Below, piece after piece: positions 8,760 to 16,587 of a stretch of 64,000 bases of DNA. This DNA is from Burkholderiales bacterium RIFCSPLOWO2_12_FULL_61_40 (GTDB lineage Bacteria > Pseudomonadota > Gammaproteobacteria > Burkholderiales > Burkholderiaceae_C): the NCBI GenBank assembly GCA_001770935.1, contig MESI01000022.1:106-64105 (forward strand), given 5' to 3'. A program made the translations under genes and the position numbers. Positions within the stretch are counted from its first letter, which is position 1. Every line of letters starts with the position of its first letter. Below the pieces are notes generated by a model. It saw nothing but the letters and a program-made list of their open reading frames with translations. It had not been told where the DNA came from and ran no database searches.

Positions 8760-9836
8760 TCACCCACCGCCCATGCGTGTGGCCATGGCAGACGCCACCT
8801 GGCGAAGCGACGCGCTGACCCTTGGATGCCCAGACAAGGATGCCCAAAAATCCTGCGCCGCAGCGCGCGCCTGGGCACTGACCAGCAAGCCATCCGGGGT
8901 AAACGGTTCATAGTCCAACAGTCCCAGCATGGGGTCGGGTTTCCAGCGTATGGGCAGCATGTCGTACACAGGTGCCAGTTGAAATTTTCCCTTGGACATC
9001 TCCGCCAGGGTCGCCCCTTGCACCCGCACACTGGCATTGCCGGAATGCATATCGGTGTTGCCGATCAAGCGCCCAAACTGAAGCCGCTGTGCGCTGGACT
9101 CGGCATCTGCTGCGGTCAAGCGCCCTTGGCGGGACAAAGCCTCACAGGTGGAGGACCAGTGGACATACGGCCCGGGCACAAATGCGTGGTGCACCGCGCC
9201 AAGCGCCACCGCATGTGTGCGCCCACTGCGCCCCATCCGGTCAAAACGCCAGCGCATCAGGTAGGTCCGGCTGGCTGTCTGCACCACTTGGGTGGGGGCC
9301 ACTGCGTGCCCGTGCCGCGCCAGCACCTCGCTGCACAAGGCCTCGGCGTAGAGCAGATCGCTCCAGCGGTCGCCAAAGGGTGTGCCCAGCGGCGGTGAAA
9401 ATTTCACCAAAACGTGTTCGTCCGACTCGGTGATGGCCAGAAATTTGGCTTGTTCGCCACCAGCCGAGGAGCCTGCTGGCAGGGTTTGCGCCACGTCCAA
9501 AGACACGGCATCAAGCGCCGCCGCCGGGGCGTGGTGTGGAATCAGCGGGGGGCTGGTTGACCTCTTCAGGCTCTCATCCCCCAGCAAAAGGCTGCCCGGT
9601 GCGTCATGGGTGTGCAGCGCAGCCAGCAGCACCGCATGCGTGTCCCATTTCTCGGGCGCAGACGGCAGCCCGTAGGACGCCAGCCCCTGGGCCAGCAAGC
9701 GCCCCAGGAAGCCTTGCGCCCGCAAGGGCGCCAGGTACCACGGCAGCTCCGCTTGCACCGAGGGTTCAAACAGGGTGTTCACCCCTTCGGCCTCGATGTG
9801 GATCTGGGATTTGGCCAAAAAACTCAGCAAACCCAT
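8760..9836 (-). CDS. HipA-family Ser/Thr kinase toxin, YjjJ-like, lacking the N-terminal HTH
   Basis: 358 aa. HipA_C motifs GGEQAKF and GNTDMHSGN. LPWYLAPLRAQGFLGR is typical of the YjjJ subgroup. An in-frame TAG lies 14 codons upstream of the ATG. Confidence 0.75.
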   Translation of the reverse strand: MGLLSFLAKSQIHIEAEGVNTLFEPSVQAELPWYLAPLRAQGFLGRLLAQGLASYGLPSAPEKWDTHAVLLAALHTHDAPGSLLLGDESLKRSTSPPLIPHHAPAAALDAVSLDVAQTLPAGSSAGGEQAKFLAITESDEHVLVKFSPPLGTPFGDRWSDLLYAEALCSEVLARHGHAVAPTQVVQTASRTYLMRWRFDRMGRSGRTHAVALGAVHHAFVPGPYVHWSSTCEALSRQGRLTAADAESSAQRLQFGRLIGNTDMHSGNASVRVQGATLAEMSKGKFQLAPVYDMLPIRWKPDPMLGLLDYEPFTPDGLLVSAQARAAAQDFWASLSGHPRVSASLRQVASAMATRMGGG

Positions 9837-10092
9837 GCGCCGCGCCTGTCCATCTTCGCCAATCAGCCAGATAGGCTGCTACGCGGCCGGTTGAACCCAG
9901 GGTTGACCCGTCTGGCAGACATCTTTGCGTTTTCGCAAAGCGCTGGAATCTGGCGGTTCACTTTTGCGCCTCAGGCGCGCATGATCGCCAGACGGTTGCG
10001 CTGGAGGCATGCGATGGGCCATGACCATGAACCCGGTTGGACAGTGCCCGCCATGGCGACCCATGCCCTTCCGGGGGCAACAGGAGTTGTTC

Positions 10093-10614
10093 ATGAGCAC
10101 CAACGCGCCAGCCTCAAAACCCGCTATTTTTTCCCTCAAAGACTTTCTCTCCAGCTTTATGTTGCTGGAGTTGCTCAAGGGCCTTGCGCTGACGGGGCGT
10201 GCGGCCTTTCGCCGCAAGGTGACACTGTTGTACCCGGAGGAAAAAACGCCGCTCTCGCCCCGATTTCGCGGCCTGCATGCCCTGCGGCGTTACGACAACG
10301 GGGAAGAGCGCTGCATTGCCTGCCAGTTGTGCGAGGCGATATGCCCGGCCCTGGCCATCACGATTGAGTCCGAGATGCGCGCCGATGGCTCCCGCCGTAC
10401 CAAGCGCTACGACATTGACTTCACCAAGTGCATCTTCTGCGGATTTTGCGAGGAAAGCTGTCCCGTGGATGCCATCGTGGAAACTGATATTCTGGAATTC
10501 CACGGTGAAAAACGCGGCGACCTCTACTTCACCAAGGACATGCTGCTGGCGATTGGCGACCGCTTTGAGACAGAGATTGCCGCCAACCGGGTACTGGACG
10601 CCAAGTACCGCTGA
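10093..10614 (+). CDS. nuoI: NADH-quinone oxidoreductase subunit I (2x[4Fe-4S] ferredoxin subunit), stand-alone copy
   Basis: From internal ATG 10093 (RBS caggag at 10081-10086). [28 protein letters not shown] and [18 protein letters not shown] cluster motifs, C-terminal ...DAKYR. No other nuo genes in the window. Confidence 0.88.
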   Translation: MSTNAPASKPAIFSLKDFLSSFMLLELLKGLALTGRAAFRRKVTLLYPEEKTPLSPRFRGLHALRRYDNGEERCIACQLCEAICPALAITIESEMRADGSRRTKRYDIDFTKCIFCGFCEESCPVDAIVETDILEFHGEKRGDLYFTKDMLLAIGDRFETEIAANRVLDAKYR

Positions 10615-10681
10615 CGCTTCACACCTGAAGCATGGGCCATTGGAAAAATGGTGCAACAAGGCGGGGCGCCTCCTATACTTG

Positions 10682-10695
10682 CACAATATATTGTG
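10682..10695. promoter_or_regulatory. Perfect 14-bp palindrome (candidate VapB operator)
   Basis: CACAATATATTGTG lies between a TATACT -10-like hexamer (10674-10679) and the vapB RBS aggag (10697-10701). Confidence 0.35.
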
Positions 10696-10708
10696 TAGGA
10701 GTTCACAC

Positions 10709-10930
10709 ATGGCGACCAATTTGGCTTTGGATGACAGTTTGATTGAAGAAGCGCGCCAACTCGGTGGGCAGCGCACCAAAAAAGATGTGGTGACCCAGGC
10801 GCTGGTGGAATACATCCAGCGTCGCAAGCAGCTCAAGCTGCTGGACATGTTCGGTGCGGTGGATTTTGAGGACGGCTTCGATGCCAAAGCGCAGCGGGGT
10901 GTGGGGCGTTCACCCTTGGCTGAGCAATGA
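10709..10930 (+). CDS. vapB: Type II antitoxin, VapB family
   Basis: 73 aa (MATNLALDDSLIEEARQLGGQRTKKDVVTQALVEYIQRRKQ...). 4-nt ATGA overlap with the PIN toxin gene. Confidence 0.75.
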   Translation: MATNLALDDSLIEEARQLGGQRTKKDVVTQALVEYIQRRKQLKLLDMFGAVDFEDGFDAKAQRGVGRSPLAEQ

Positions 10931-11343
10931 AAGTCCTGGTGGATACCTCAGTTTGGTCATTGGCGTTGCGGCGGCCGAGAAACAGTCCCATCGCCCCGGA
11001 ACAACAAGCAACGGTCCATGCCCTGACGGACTTGGTGCGTGATGGACGGGCTGTTCTGATAGGGGCGATCCGGCAAGAATTACTCTGCGGCATCAAAACA
11101 CAGGGCCAGTTTGAAGCCTTGCGAGACAGCCTGATCGCCTTCGAGGATGTGGAGCTATCAAGGCCGGTCTATGAGTCCGCCGCCCAAGCCTTCAATACCT
11201 GCCGGACCAACGGAGTCCAGGGCTCCAATACGGATTTTTTGATTTGCGCAGCGTCCATTCACCACCAGTTGCCTATTTTTAGCTTGGACGGCGATTTTGC
11301 GATGTACCAGCGGTGGTTGCCGATTCGGATTTATGCGCCGTAG
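10927..11343 (+). CDS. vapC: Type II toxin, PIN-domain ribonuclease VapC
   Basis: 138 aa. MKVLVDTSVW..., ...NTDFLICAASIHHQLPIFSLDGDF acidic PIN residues. Confidence 0.85.
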   Translation: MKVLVDTSVWSLALRRPRNSPIAPEQQATVHALTDLVRDGRAVLIGAIRQELLCGIKTQGQFEALRDSLIAFEDVELSRPVYESAAQAFNTCRTNGVQGSNTDFLICAASIHHQLPIFSLDGDFAMYQRWLPIRIYAP

Positions 11344-11366
11344 GGGCTGAAGCGGCCGCAGCGCAG

Positions 11367-12785
11367 TCAAACCCGAATCATCCGCCCCGGATTCATCAGA
11401 TTCTGCGGGTCCAGCGCCGTCTTGATGGCCCGCATCATCTGCAGCGCGACCGGGGATTTGTGGTGCTCCAGCTTGTCGCGCTTGAGGCTGCCGATGCCGT
11501 GTTCGGCGGAGATAGAGCCGCCAAACTGGTCCACCGAAGCGTAGACCAGGGCGTTCAGGGCAGCTTCCTGTTCCTTCAGAAACGTTTGTGCATCCGCGCC
11601 CAGGGGCGCTTGCACGTTGTAGTGCAGGTTGCCGTCGCCCAGGTGGCCGTAGTTGACCATGCGGGCGCCGGGGAAGGATTGCTGGATCAGCGCATCGGTC
11701 ACCCGCACAAACTCGGGGATGCGCGAGACGGCGACCGAGATGTCGTGTTTGATGTTCAGGCCCTCTTGCGCCTGCGCCAGTGGGATGCTTTCGCGGATGT
11801 GCCACAGCGCCTTGGCCTGCGCCATGCTTTCGGCCACCACGGCGTCTTGCACGCAGCCCTGTTCCATGGCGGCTTCCAGCAGCCGTTCGAACTGGGTGCG
11901 GGCGTGGGCTTCGGACTCGTGGTCGGAGTTCTCCAGCACCACGCAGTAGGGCGCATCTTGGAACGGCACGCGTTGTTGCGGGAAATGTTTGGTCACCAGG
12001 CTGAGCGCAAATTTCTCCATCACCTCAAACCCCGTCAGGCCCGCATTCAAAAAGCGGTGCGCCAGGCCCAGCAGTTCCACCGCCGCTTCCAGCGAAGGCA
12101 CGGCGGCAAAGGCCGTGAGTTGGGCGGCTGGCAAGGGGTAGAGGCGCATGGTGGCGGCGGTGATCACGCCCAGCGTGCCCTCGGAGCCTATGAAAAGGTG
12201 GCGCAGGTCGTAGCCGGTGTTGTCCTTGCGCAAGCCACTCAGGCCATTCCACACCTCACCCTGTGCGGTGACCACTTCCAGGCCCAGGCAGAGTTCGCGG
12301 GTGTTGCCGTAGCGCACCACCTGGGTGCCGCCGGCGTTGGTGCCCAGGTTGCCGCCGATGGTGCAACTGCCCTCGGACGCGAGGCTCAGGGGAAATAAAA
12401 ATCCGGCCTTTTCGCAGGCGTCCTGCAGGCTTTGGAGCACACAGCCGGCTTCCACGGTGACGGTCAGGTTGGCGGCGTCGAGCACGCGCACCTGCTGCAT
12501 GCGCTGCAGGCTCAAGACGATCTGGGTGCCGCTGGCGTCGGGGGTGGAGCCCACCACCATGCCGGTGTTGCCGCCCTGGGGCACGATGGACACGCCCGCT
12601 TGGCCGCAGAGTTTGACGACCTGGGCTACTTCGTTGGTGCTGGCGGGGCGCACCACGGCCAGGGCCTTGCCGCGCTCGCGCTTGCGCCAGTCCTGCTCCC
12701 AGGCGCTCAGGTCGCCTTCGGTCAAGACGTGGGTGGCGCCCACGGCGGCGCGCAGGGATTCCAGCAAAGTGTCAAACGGGTTCAT
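11367..12785 (-). CDS. FAD-linked oxidase (GlcD / D-2-hydroxyacid dehydrogenase-like)
   Basis: 472 aa from internal Met 12785 (MNPFDTLLESLRAAVG...). FAD_binding_4 (VVRPASTNEVAQVVKLC...IVPQGGNTG) and a C-terminal oxidase domain (AEHGIGSLK). Confidence 0.85.
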   Translation of the reverse strand: MNPFDTLLESLRAAVGATHVLTEGDLSAWEQDWRKRERGKALAVVRPASTNEVAQVVKLCGQAGVSIVPQGGNTGMVVGSTPDASGTQIVLSLQRMQQVRVLDAANLTVTVEAGCVLQSLQDACEKAGFLFPLSLASEGSCTIGGNLGTNAGGTQVVRYGNTRELCLGLEVVTAQGEVWNGLSGLRKDNTGYDLRHLFIGSEGTLGVITAATMRLYPLPAAQLTAFAAVPSLEAAVELLGLAHRFLNAGLTGFEVMEKFALSLVTKHFPQQRVPFQDAPYCVVLENSDHESEAHARTQFERLLEAAMEQGCVQDAVVAESMAQAKALWHIRESIPLAQAQEGLNIKHDISVAVSRIPEFVRVTDALIQQSFPGARMVNYGHLGDGNLHYNVQAPLGADAQTFLKEQEAALNALVYASVDQFGGSISAEHGIGSLKRDKLEHHKSPVALQMMRAIKTALDPQNLMNPGRMIRV

Positions 12786-13213
12786 GGTGTGTTGGGTTCC
12801 TTTGGAGACAGGGCCGCAGCTTTGGCACGGCCCAAACGCAGGCGCACATGCAGGGCGCAGGCGGTGAACAGCGCCAGGCACAGCAGCACTTCCAGCAGGG
12901 CCAGGTAGTTGCTCGGGGGGCGGTCGCTGTAGGCGCGCACCGCGCCTTCGGTGAAATACAGCCACACCATCAGGCTGACCCAGCGGTAGGTGTACATGCG
13001 GTTTTTGAGCAAACCGGCCAGCGGAATGCACAGGGGCAGGGCTTTGAGGGCCAGCCAGGAGCCTCCGGGGCGCAGGGGCGCCCACAGCAGCTCCCAGCCC
13101 AGGCCCAGAAGGATCAGGCTCAGCAGGCTGCCCACGGCAAGCCAGCGGGTGAATTGAACGGTGTCGAAAAGGGCGGCGGCGCTAGACTGCGCAGTCTGGA
13201 ATGGGGTGCTCAT
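12782..13213 (-). CDS. DUF2069-like membrane protein
   Basis: 143 aa with four hydrophobic segments (LKALPLCIPLAGLLKNRMYTYRWVSLMVWLYFTEGAVRA). 4-nt overlap with the downstream oxidase gene. Confidence 0.6.
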   Translation of the reverse strand: MSTPFQTAQSSAAALFDTVQFTRWLAVGSLLSLILLGLGWELLWAPLRPGGSWLALKALPLCIPLAGLLKNRMYTYRWVSLMVWLYFTEGAVRAYSDRPPSNYLALLEVLLCLALFTACALHVRLRLGRAKAAALSPKEPNTP

Positions 13214-13233
13214 GTCGGTGGCATCATAGCGGC

Positions 13234-14451
13234 ATGCAATTGATACAACGTTTCAGGTTCTGGCTGGAAGAGGTGGCCCGTGTGCCGTGGCTGCACGCGG
13301 CGCAGACGCTGCGGGAGCGCTTCCGCGAAGACCGCCTGGGTTTGACCGCCAGCAGCCTCACTTTCACCACCACTATCGCGCTGGTGCCCTTCATCACGGT
13401 GGCGCTGGCCGTGTTCACGGCGTTCCCCATGTTCGCCAAGTTCCAGGTCGTATTACAAAAGTGGCTGATCGAGAGCCTGGTGCCCGACAACATCGCGCGC
13501 CAGGTGCTGGGCTACCTCAACCAGTTTGCCGGGCAGGCCAGCAAGCTGGGCGCGGTGGGGGTGGCGGTGCTGTTGGGCACGGCGCTGGCCTTGATTTTTA
13601 CCATCGACCGCACGCTCAACAGCATCTGGCGGGTGCGCACCCCCCGGCCCTTTGGCCAGCGGATGCTGATTTACTGGTCCGCCATCACTTTGGGGCCTTT
13701 GTTGTTGGGCCTGAGTCTGAGCATGACCTCGTACGCGGTGTCGGCATCCAAGGGGCTGGTGGGCTCCCTGCCCGGCGGTGTGGGGCTGGTGCTGGACACC
13801 TTGCAGTTCCTGCTGGTGGCCGCTGGCATGGCGGCGATGTTCCGTTTTGTGCCCAACACCCATGTGCGCTGGGGCCATGCCTGGATGGGGGGCTTGTTTG
13901 TGTCCGCAGGCATGGAGTTGGCCAAGAAGGTTTTGGCGCTGTACTTGAGCAAGGTGCCTACCTATTCGGTGGTGTACGGCGCTTTTGCCACGGTGCCGAT
14001 TTTGCTGGTGTGGATTTATGTGGCCTGGACCATCGTGCTGCTGGGGGCCACGCTGACGGCGTATGTACCGGCCTTGCTGGCGGGGGTTCCCCGGCGCCGC
14101 TCGGGGCCGGGCTGGCAATTTCAGTTGGCGCTGGAGGTGCTGCAGCAGTTGGACCGCGTGCGCTTGCAGGCTGCGCGGGGGCTGACGCCATCGCAACTGT
14201 GCATCGCCTTGCAGGTGGATGCCTTGCGGCTGGAGCCGGTACTGGAGGCCCTGCTTGCGCTGGACTGGGTTGGCCAACTCACACAACCCAGTGAGGAAGG
14301 GCGGGAGGCCCGGTTCATCCTGCTGGCGGACCCCCAGCACACCGTGCTGGCGCCACTGATCAGCAGCCTCTTGCTGCCGCACACACAGGCCACTGAAAAT
14401 TTATGGAAAAGAGACCGTTGGCCCTTGATAACCCTGCGTGAAGTGCTATAA
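13234..14451 (+). CDS. yihY: YihY/BrkB-family inner membrane protein
   Basis: Start at MQLIQRFRFW.... LTASSLTFTTTIALVPFITV and six TM segments typical of YihY (formerly called RNase BN). Confidence 0.8.
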   Translation: MQLIQRFRFWLEEVARVPWLHAAQTLRERFREDRLGLTASSLTFTTTIALVPFITVALAVFTAFPMFAKFQVVLQKWLIESLVPDNIARQVLGYLNQFAGQASKLGAVGVAVLLGTALALIFTIDRTLNSIWRVRTPRPFGQRMLIYWSAITLGPLLLGLSLSMTSYAVSASKGLVGSLPGGVGLVLDTLQFLLVAAGMAAMFRFVPNTHVRWGHAWMGGLFVSAGMELAKKVLALYLSKVPTYSVVYGAFATVPILLVWIYVAWTIVLLGATLTAYVPALLAGVPRRRSGPGWQFQLALEVLQQLDRVRLQAARGLTPSQLCIALQVDALRLEPVLEALLALDWVGQLTQPSEEGREARFILLADPQHTVLAPLISSLLLPHTQATENLWKRDRWPLITLREVL

Positions 14452-14468
14452 AAAAAGGAGCATTTTTT

Positions 14469-15260
14469 TCAGCCGCCGGGGGTATGGCGTTGGGTGGAGT
14501 CCACAAAGGCCGCCACGTAGTGGCTGATTTGGTCGTGCTGGTTCACCACCGCCGTGACCCGCAGCCACGCCGGATAACGGGCGCCGCTTTTTCGCCGGTC
14601 CCACACTTCGCCCTGCCAGAAGCGGTCGATGGGCAGGCGTTGGTGCAGGCTGTGGTATGCCGCCTCGTTTTGGCGTTCGGGCCGAAAGATGGCCGACTTT
14701 TTCCCCATCGCTTCGTGGGGGGCATAGCCGGTAATTTGTGAAAACGCGTCGTTGACCTTGAGGATGCGCTGATGGACATCGGTGACCACCAGGCCTTCCA
14801 GCGTCTGGAATGCGGTGGCGGCGATACGCAAGGCGCTTTCAGTGCGGTGGCGTTCAGACACATCACGGATCAAGGCAATGAACTCGATGCCTTCCTGTGT
14901 GCGCACCATGGAGAGCGCCATTTCCATGGGAAAGTGGTGCCCGGTACGGTGCAGCCCTTCGATTTCAACGCGGGCAGGGGGTTCTCGGCCAGATTCCAAC
15001 TGGATGAATTGGGCCAGCCGGTGCAGGTGCCCCTGGTGCCGATCCACGGGCAGGGCCAGTTCATGCAAGGTGAGCCCCATGACCTCATGCCGAAACCATC
15101 CAAAACAACGCTCGGCCTGGGTGTTCCAGCCCACGATGCAGCCATTGGCATCCATTTGCACCATGGCATCAAAAGCATGGTCGAAAATCGTTTTCCAGCG
15201 CGCGGCGTTGTGCAGCGCCCCCTCCAAAGCGTGCGACGGCATGGGTGCGCCAGATCTCAT
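14469..15260 (-). CDS. Tandem PAS-domain protein without output domain
   Basis: 263 aa with two PAS folds (...FDHAFDAMVQMDANGCIVGWNTQAERCFGW...; ...AFQTLEGLVVTDVHQRILKVNDAFSQITGY...). It ends right after PAS2 (AFVDSTQRHTPGG-stop). The start codon is formed at the MITE junction. Confidence 0.65.
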   Translation of the reverse strand: MRSGAPMPSHALEGALHNAARWKTIFDHAFDAMVQMDANGCIVGWNTQAERCFGWFRHEVMGLTLHELALPVDRHQGHLHRLAQFIQLESGREPPARVEIEGLHRTGHHFPMEMALSMVRTQEGIEFIALIRDVSERHRTESALRIAATAFQTLEGLVVTDVHQRILKVNDAFSQITGYAPHEAMGKKSAIFRPERQNEAAYHSLHQRLPIDRFWQGEVWDRRKSGARYPAWLRVTAVVNQHDQISHYVAAFVDSTQRHTPGG

Positions 15261-15363
15261 TTCGTTTTCAGATCAATGGGAGATGAGGCGCGCCGACGCA
15301 GGCAGTGCTTTAGCACGACAAGGAGGGGCAACGACATATCGCATTGAGATGGAAATGGAATCA
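15257..15363 (-). mobile_element. MITE-like 101-bp element, copy A (core 15260-15360) with TCA/TCA flanks
   Basis: 4 mismatches to copy B by hand alignment. ~19-nt imperfect terminal inverted repeats. Identical flanking trinucleotides at 15257-15259 and 15361-15363; the latter is the hemerythrin TGA stop on the minus strand. Confidence 0.8.
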
Positions 15364-15813
15364 ATGGGCAGAAAAAGCGGAGTGCTGGTTCAGCAGGCGC
15401 TGCCCCAATTCGCGGTCCGTGGTGGTGAAGTGCTCCGGCAGCCAGTCGTGCAGGTAGTGCACCAGCGCTTCGACGATAGCGGTGTCATTTTGACGGTTTC
15501 GGTCTTTTTGCAGCCATTCGATGTGGGCGGTGAATTCCCGGTGCTGTGCCAGGTGCTGCTGTTCAAAGTCGTCTTCGGCGACCAGCATGTGCATCAGCGT
15601 TTCCTCCTCGCTGAAATGAAACCGGACAAAGGTATTGAGCTGCGGCAACACTTCGTTGAGGGCTTCCGTGTCGTAGCCCGTGGCGTGCAGGGTGGCGAGT
15701 TCATTGACCAGGGCAAACAGCTCCCGGTGTTGCAAATCGATGGAGCGAACCCCGGTGTCCAGCTCCTTGTTCCATTGGATAGTCACGGTGAATTTTCTCG
15801 TGGTGCGTCGCAA
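15361..15813 (-). CDS. Bacteriohemerythrin-like protein
   Basis: 150 aa. IQWNKELDTGVRSIDLQHRELF, FHFSEEETLM and HREFTAHI...HYLHDWLPEH carry the His/Glu iron ligand pattern. Confidence 0.8.
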   Translation of the reverse strand: MRRTTRKFTVTIQWNKELDTGVRSIDLQHRELFALVNELATLHATGYDTEALNEVLPQLNTFVRFHFSEEETLMHMLVAEDDFEQQHLAQHREFTAHIEWLQKDRNRQNDTAIVEALVHYLHDWLPEHFTTTDRELGQRLLNQHSAFSAH

Positions 15814-15921
15814 AGTGGCGTGCCTGTGACGGTAAAGAGAAAGGCCGGGCTAGGGAATACTCTGCGCTGGGTATTTTTTGCTACCGTAAAACCGGTAGCG
15901 CCGCAGGAGCGTGACGCCGGT

Positions 15922-16581
15922 TTAGGCGCTATGGCGGTCCTGGTTCAGCACGTAGCGGGTGAGGTCAGCGACGTTGTGCAGGTCGAGTTTGCGCATGATG
16001 TTGCGCCGGTGCACCTCCACCGTAGACGGTGCAATGCACAGCCGGTCTGCAATTTGGTTCGAGGTGTGCCCCTGTGCCACCAGCCCCGCCACCTGTTGCT
16101 CACGCGTGCTCAGGCTGACGGCGGGGGCGGCTGCGGCGGTTTGCCCCGATGCGGCACCCGCGACCACGCCCGCCACATCCGGGCACAGGTAGGTGCGCCC
16201 CCGTGCCACGGCCCGAATGGCGCGGCGCAGTTCGTCACTGGCTTCGGCCTTGGTGACATAGCCACTGGCGCCAGCGGCCAGCATATCCAGCACATAGCGC
16301 TGGTCGGCAAAGGCCGACAGGGCCACCACCCTGGTTTGTGGGCAAGCCACGCGCAGCTTGCGTGTGGTTTCAATGCCGTTGAGGCCCGGCATGTTGATGT
16401 CCATGCAGACCAGGTCGGGTGCCAAAGCGCCAGCCAGCGTGAGGACCTCCAAACCGTCCCCGGTCTGGCCTGCCACCTCCATGTCCTCCTCCGCGCGCAG
16501 CAGGTTGCACAGGGCCTCCCGAAACATCTGGTGGTCATCGGCGATAAGAATCCGAATTTTCATGGGTGCTGCATCCTGCAA
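15922..16581 (-). CDS. NarL/LuxR-family response regulator
   Basis: 219 aa. Receiver (ILIADDHQMFREAL...DINMPGLNG) plus LuxR HTH (LSTREQQVAGLVAQGHTSNQIADRLCIAPSTVEVHRRNIMRKL). Confidence 0.9.
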   Translation of the reverse strand: MQDAAPMKIRILIADDHQMFREALCNLLRAEEDMEVAGQTGDGLEVLTLAGALAPDLVCMDINMPGLNGIETTRKLRVACPQTRVVALSAFADQRYVLDMLAAGASGYVTKAEASDELRRAIRAVARGRTYLCPDVAGVVAGAASGQTAAAAPAVSLSTREQQVAGLVAQGHTSNQIADRLCIAPSTVEVHRRNIMRKLDLHNVADLTRYVLNQDRHSA

Positions 16582-16587
16582 AAAATC

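Noticed and set aside
9879-10217. 112-aa minus-strand ORF upstream of, and in frame with, the HipA-like gene.
   Set aside because: It overlaps the nuoI start on the other strand, has no recognisable domain and ends at the TAG that interrupts the HipA-like frame. It is treated as a degraded leader, not a gene.
14452-14468. A8...T7 stretch between the convergent yihY and PAS genes as a bidirectional terminator.
   Set aside because: The stem would be pure A:T with a 6-nt loop and no GC clamp, which is too weak to call.
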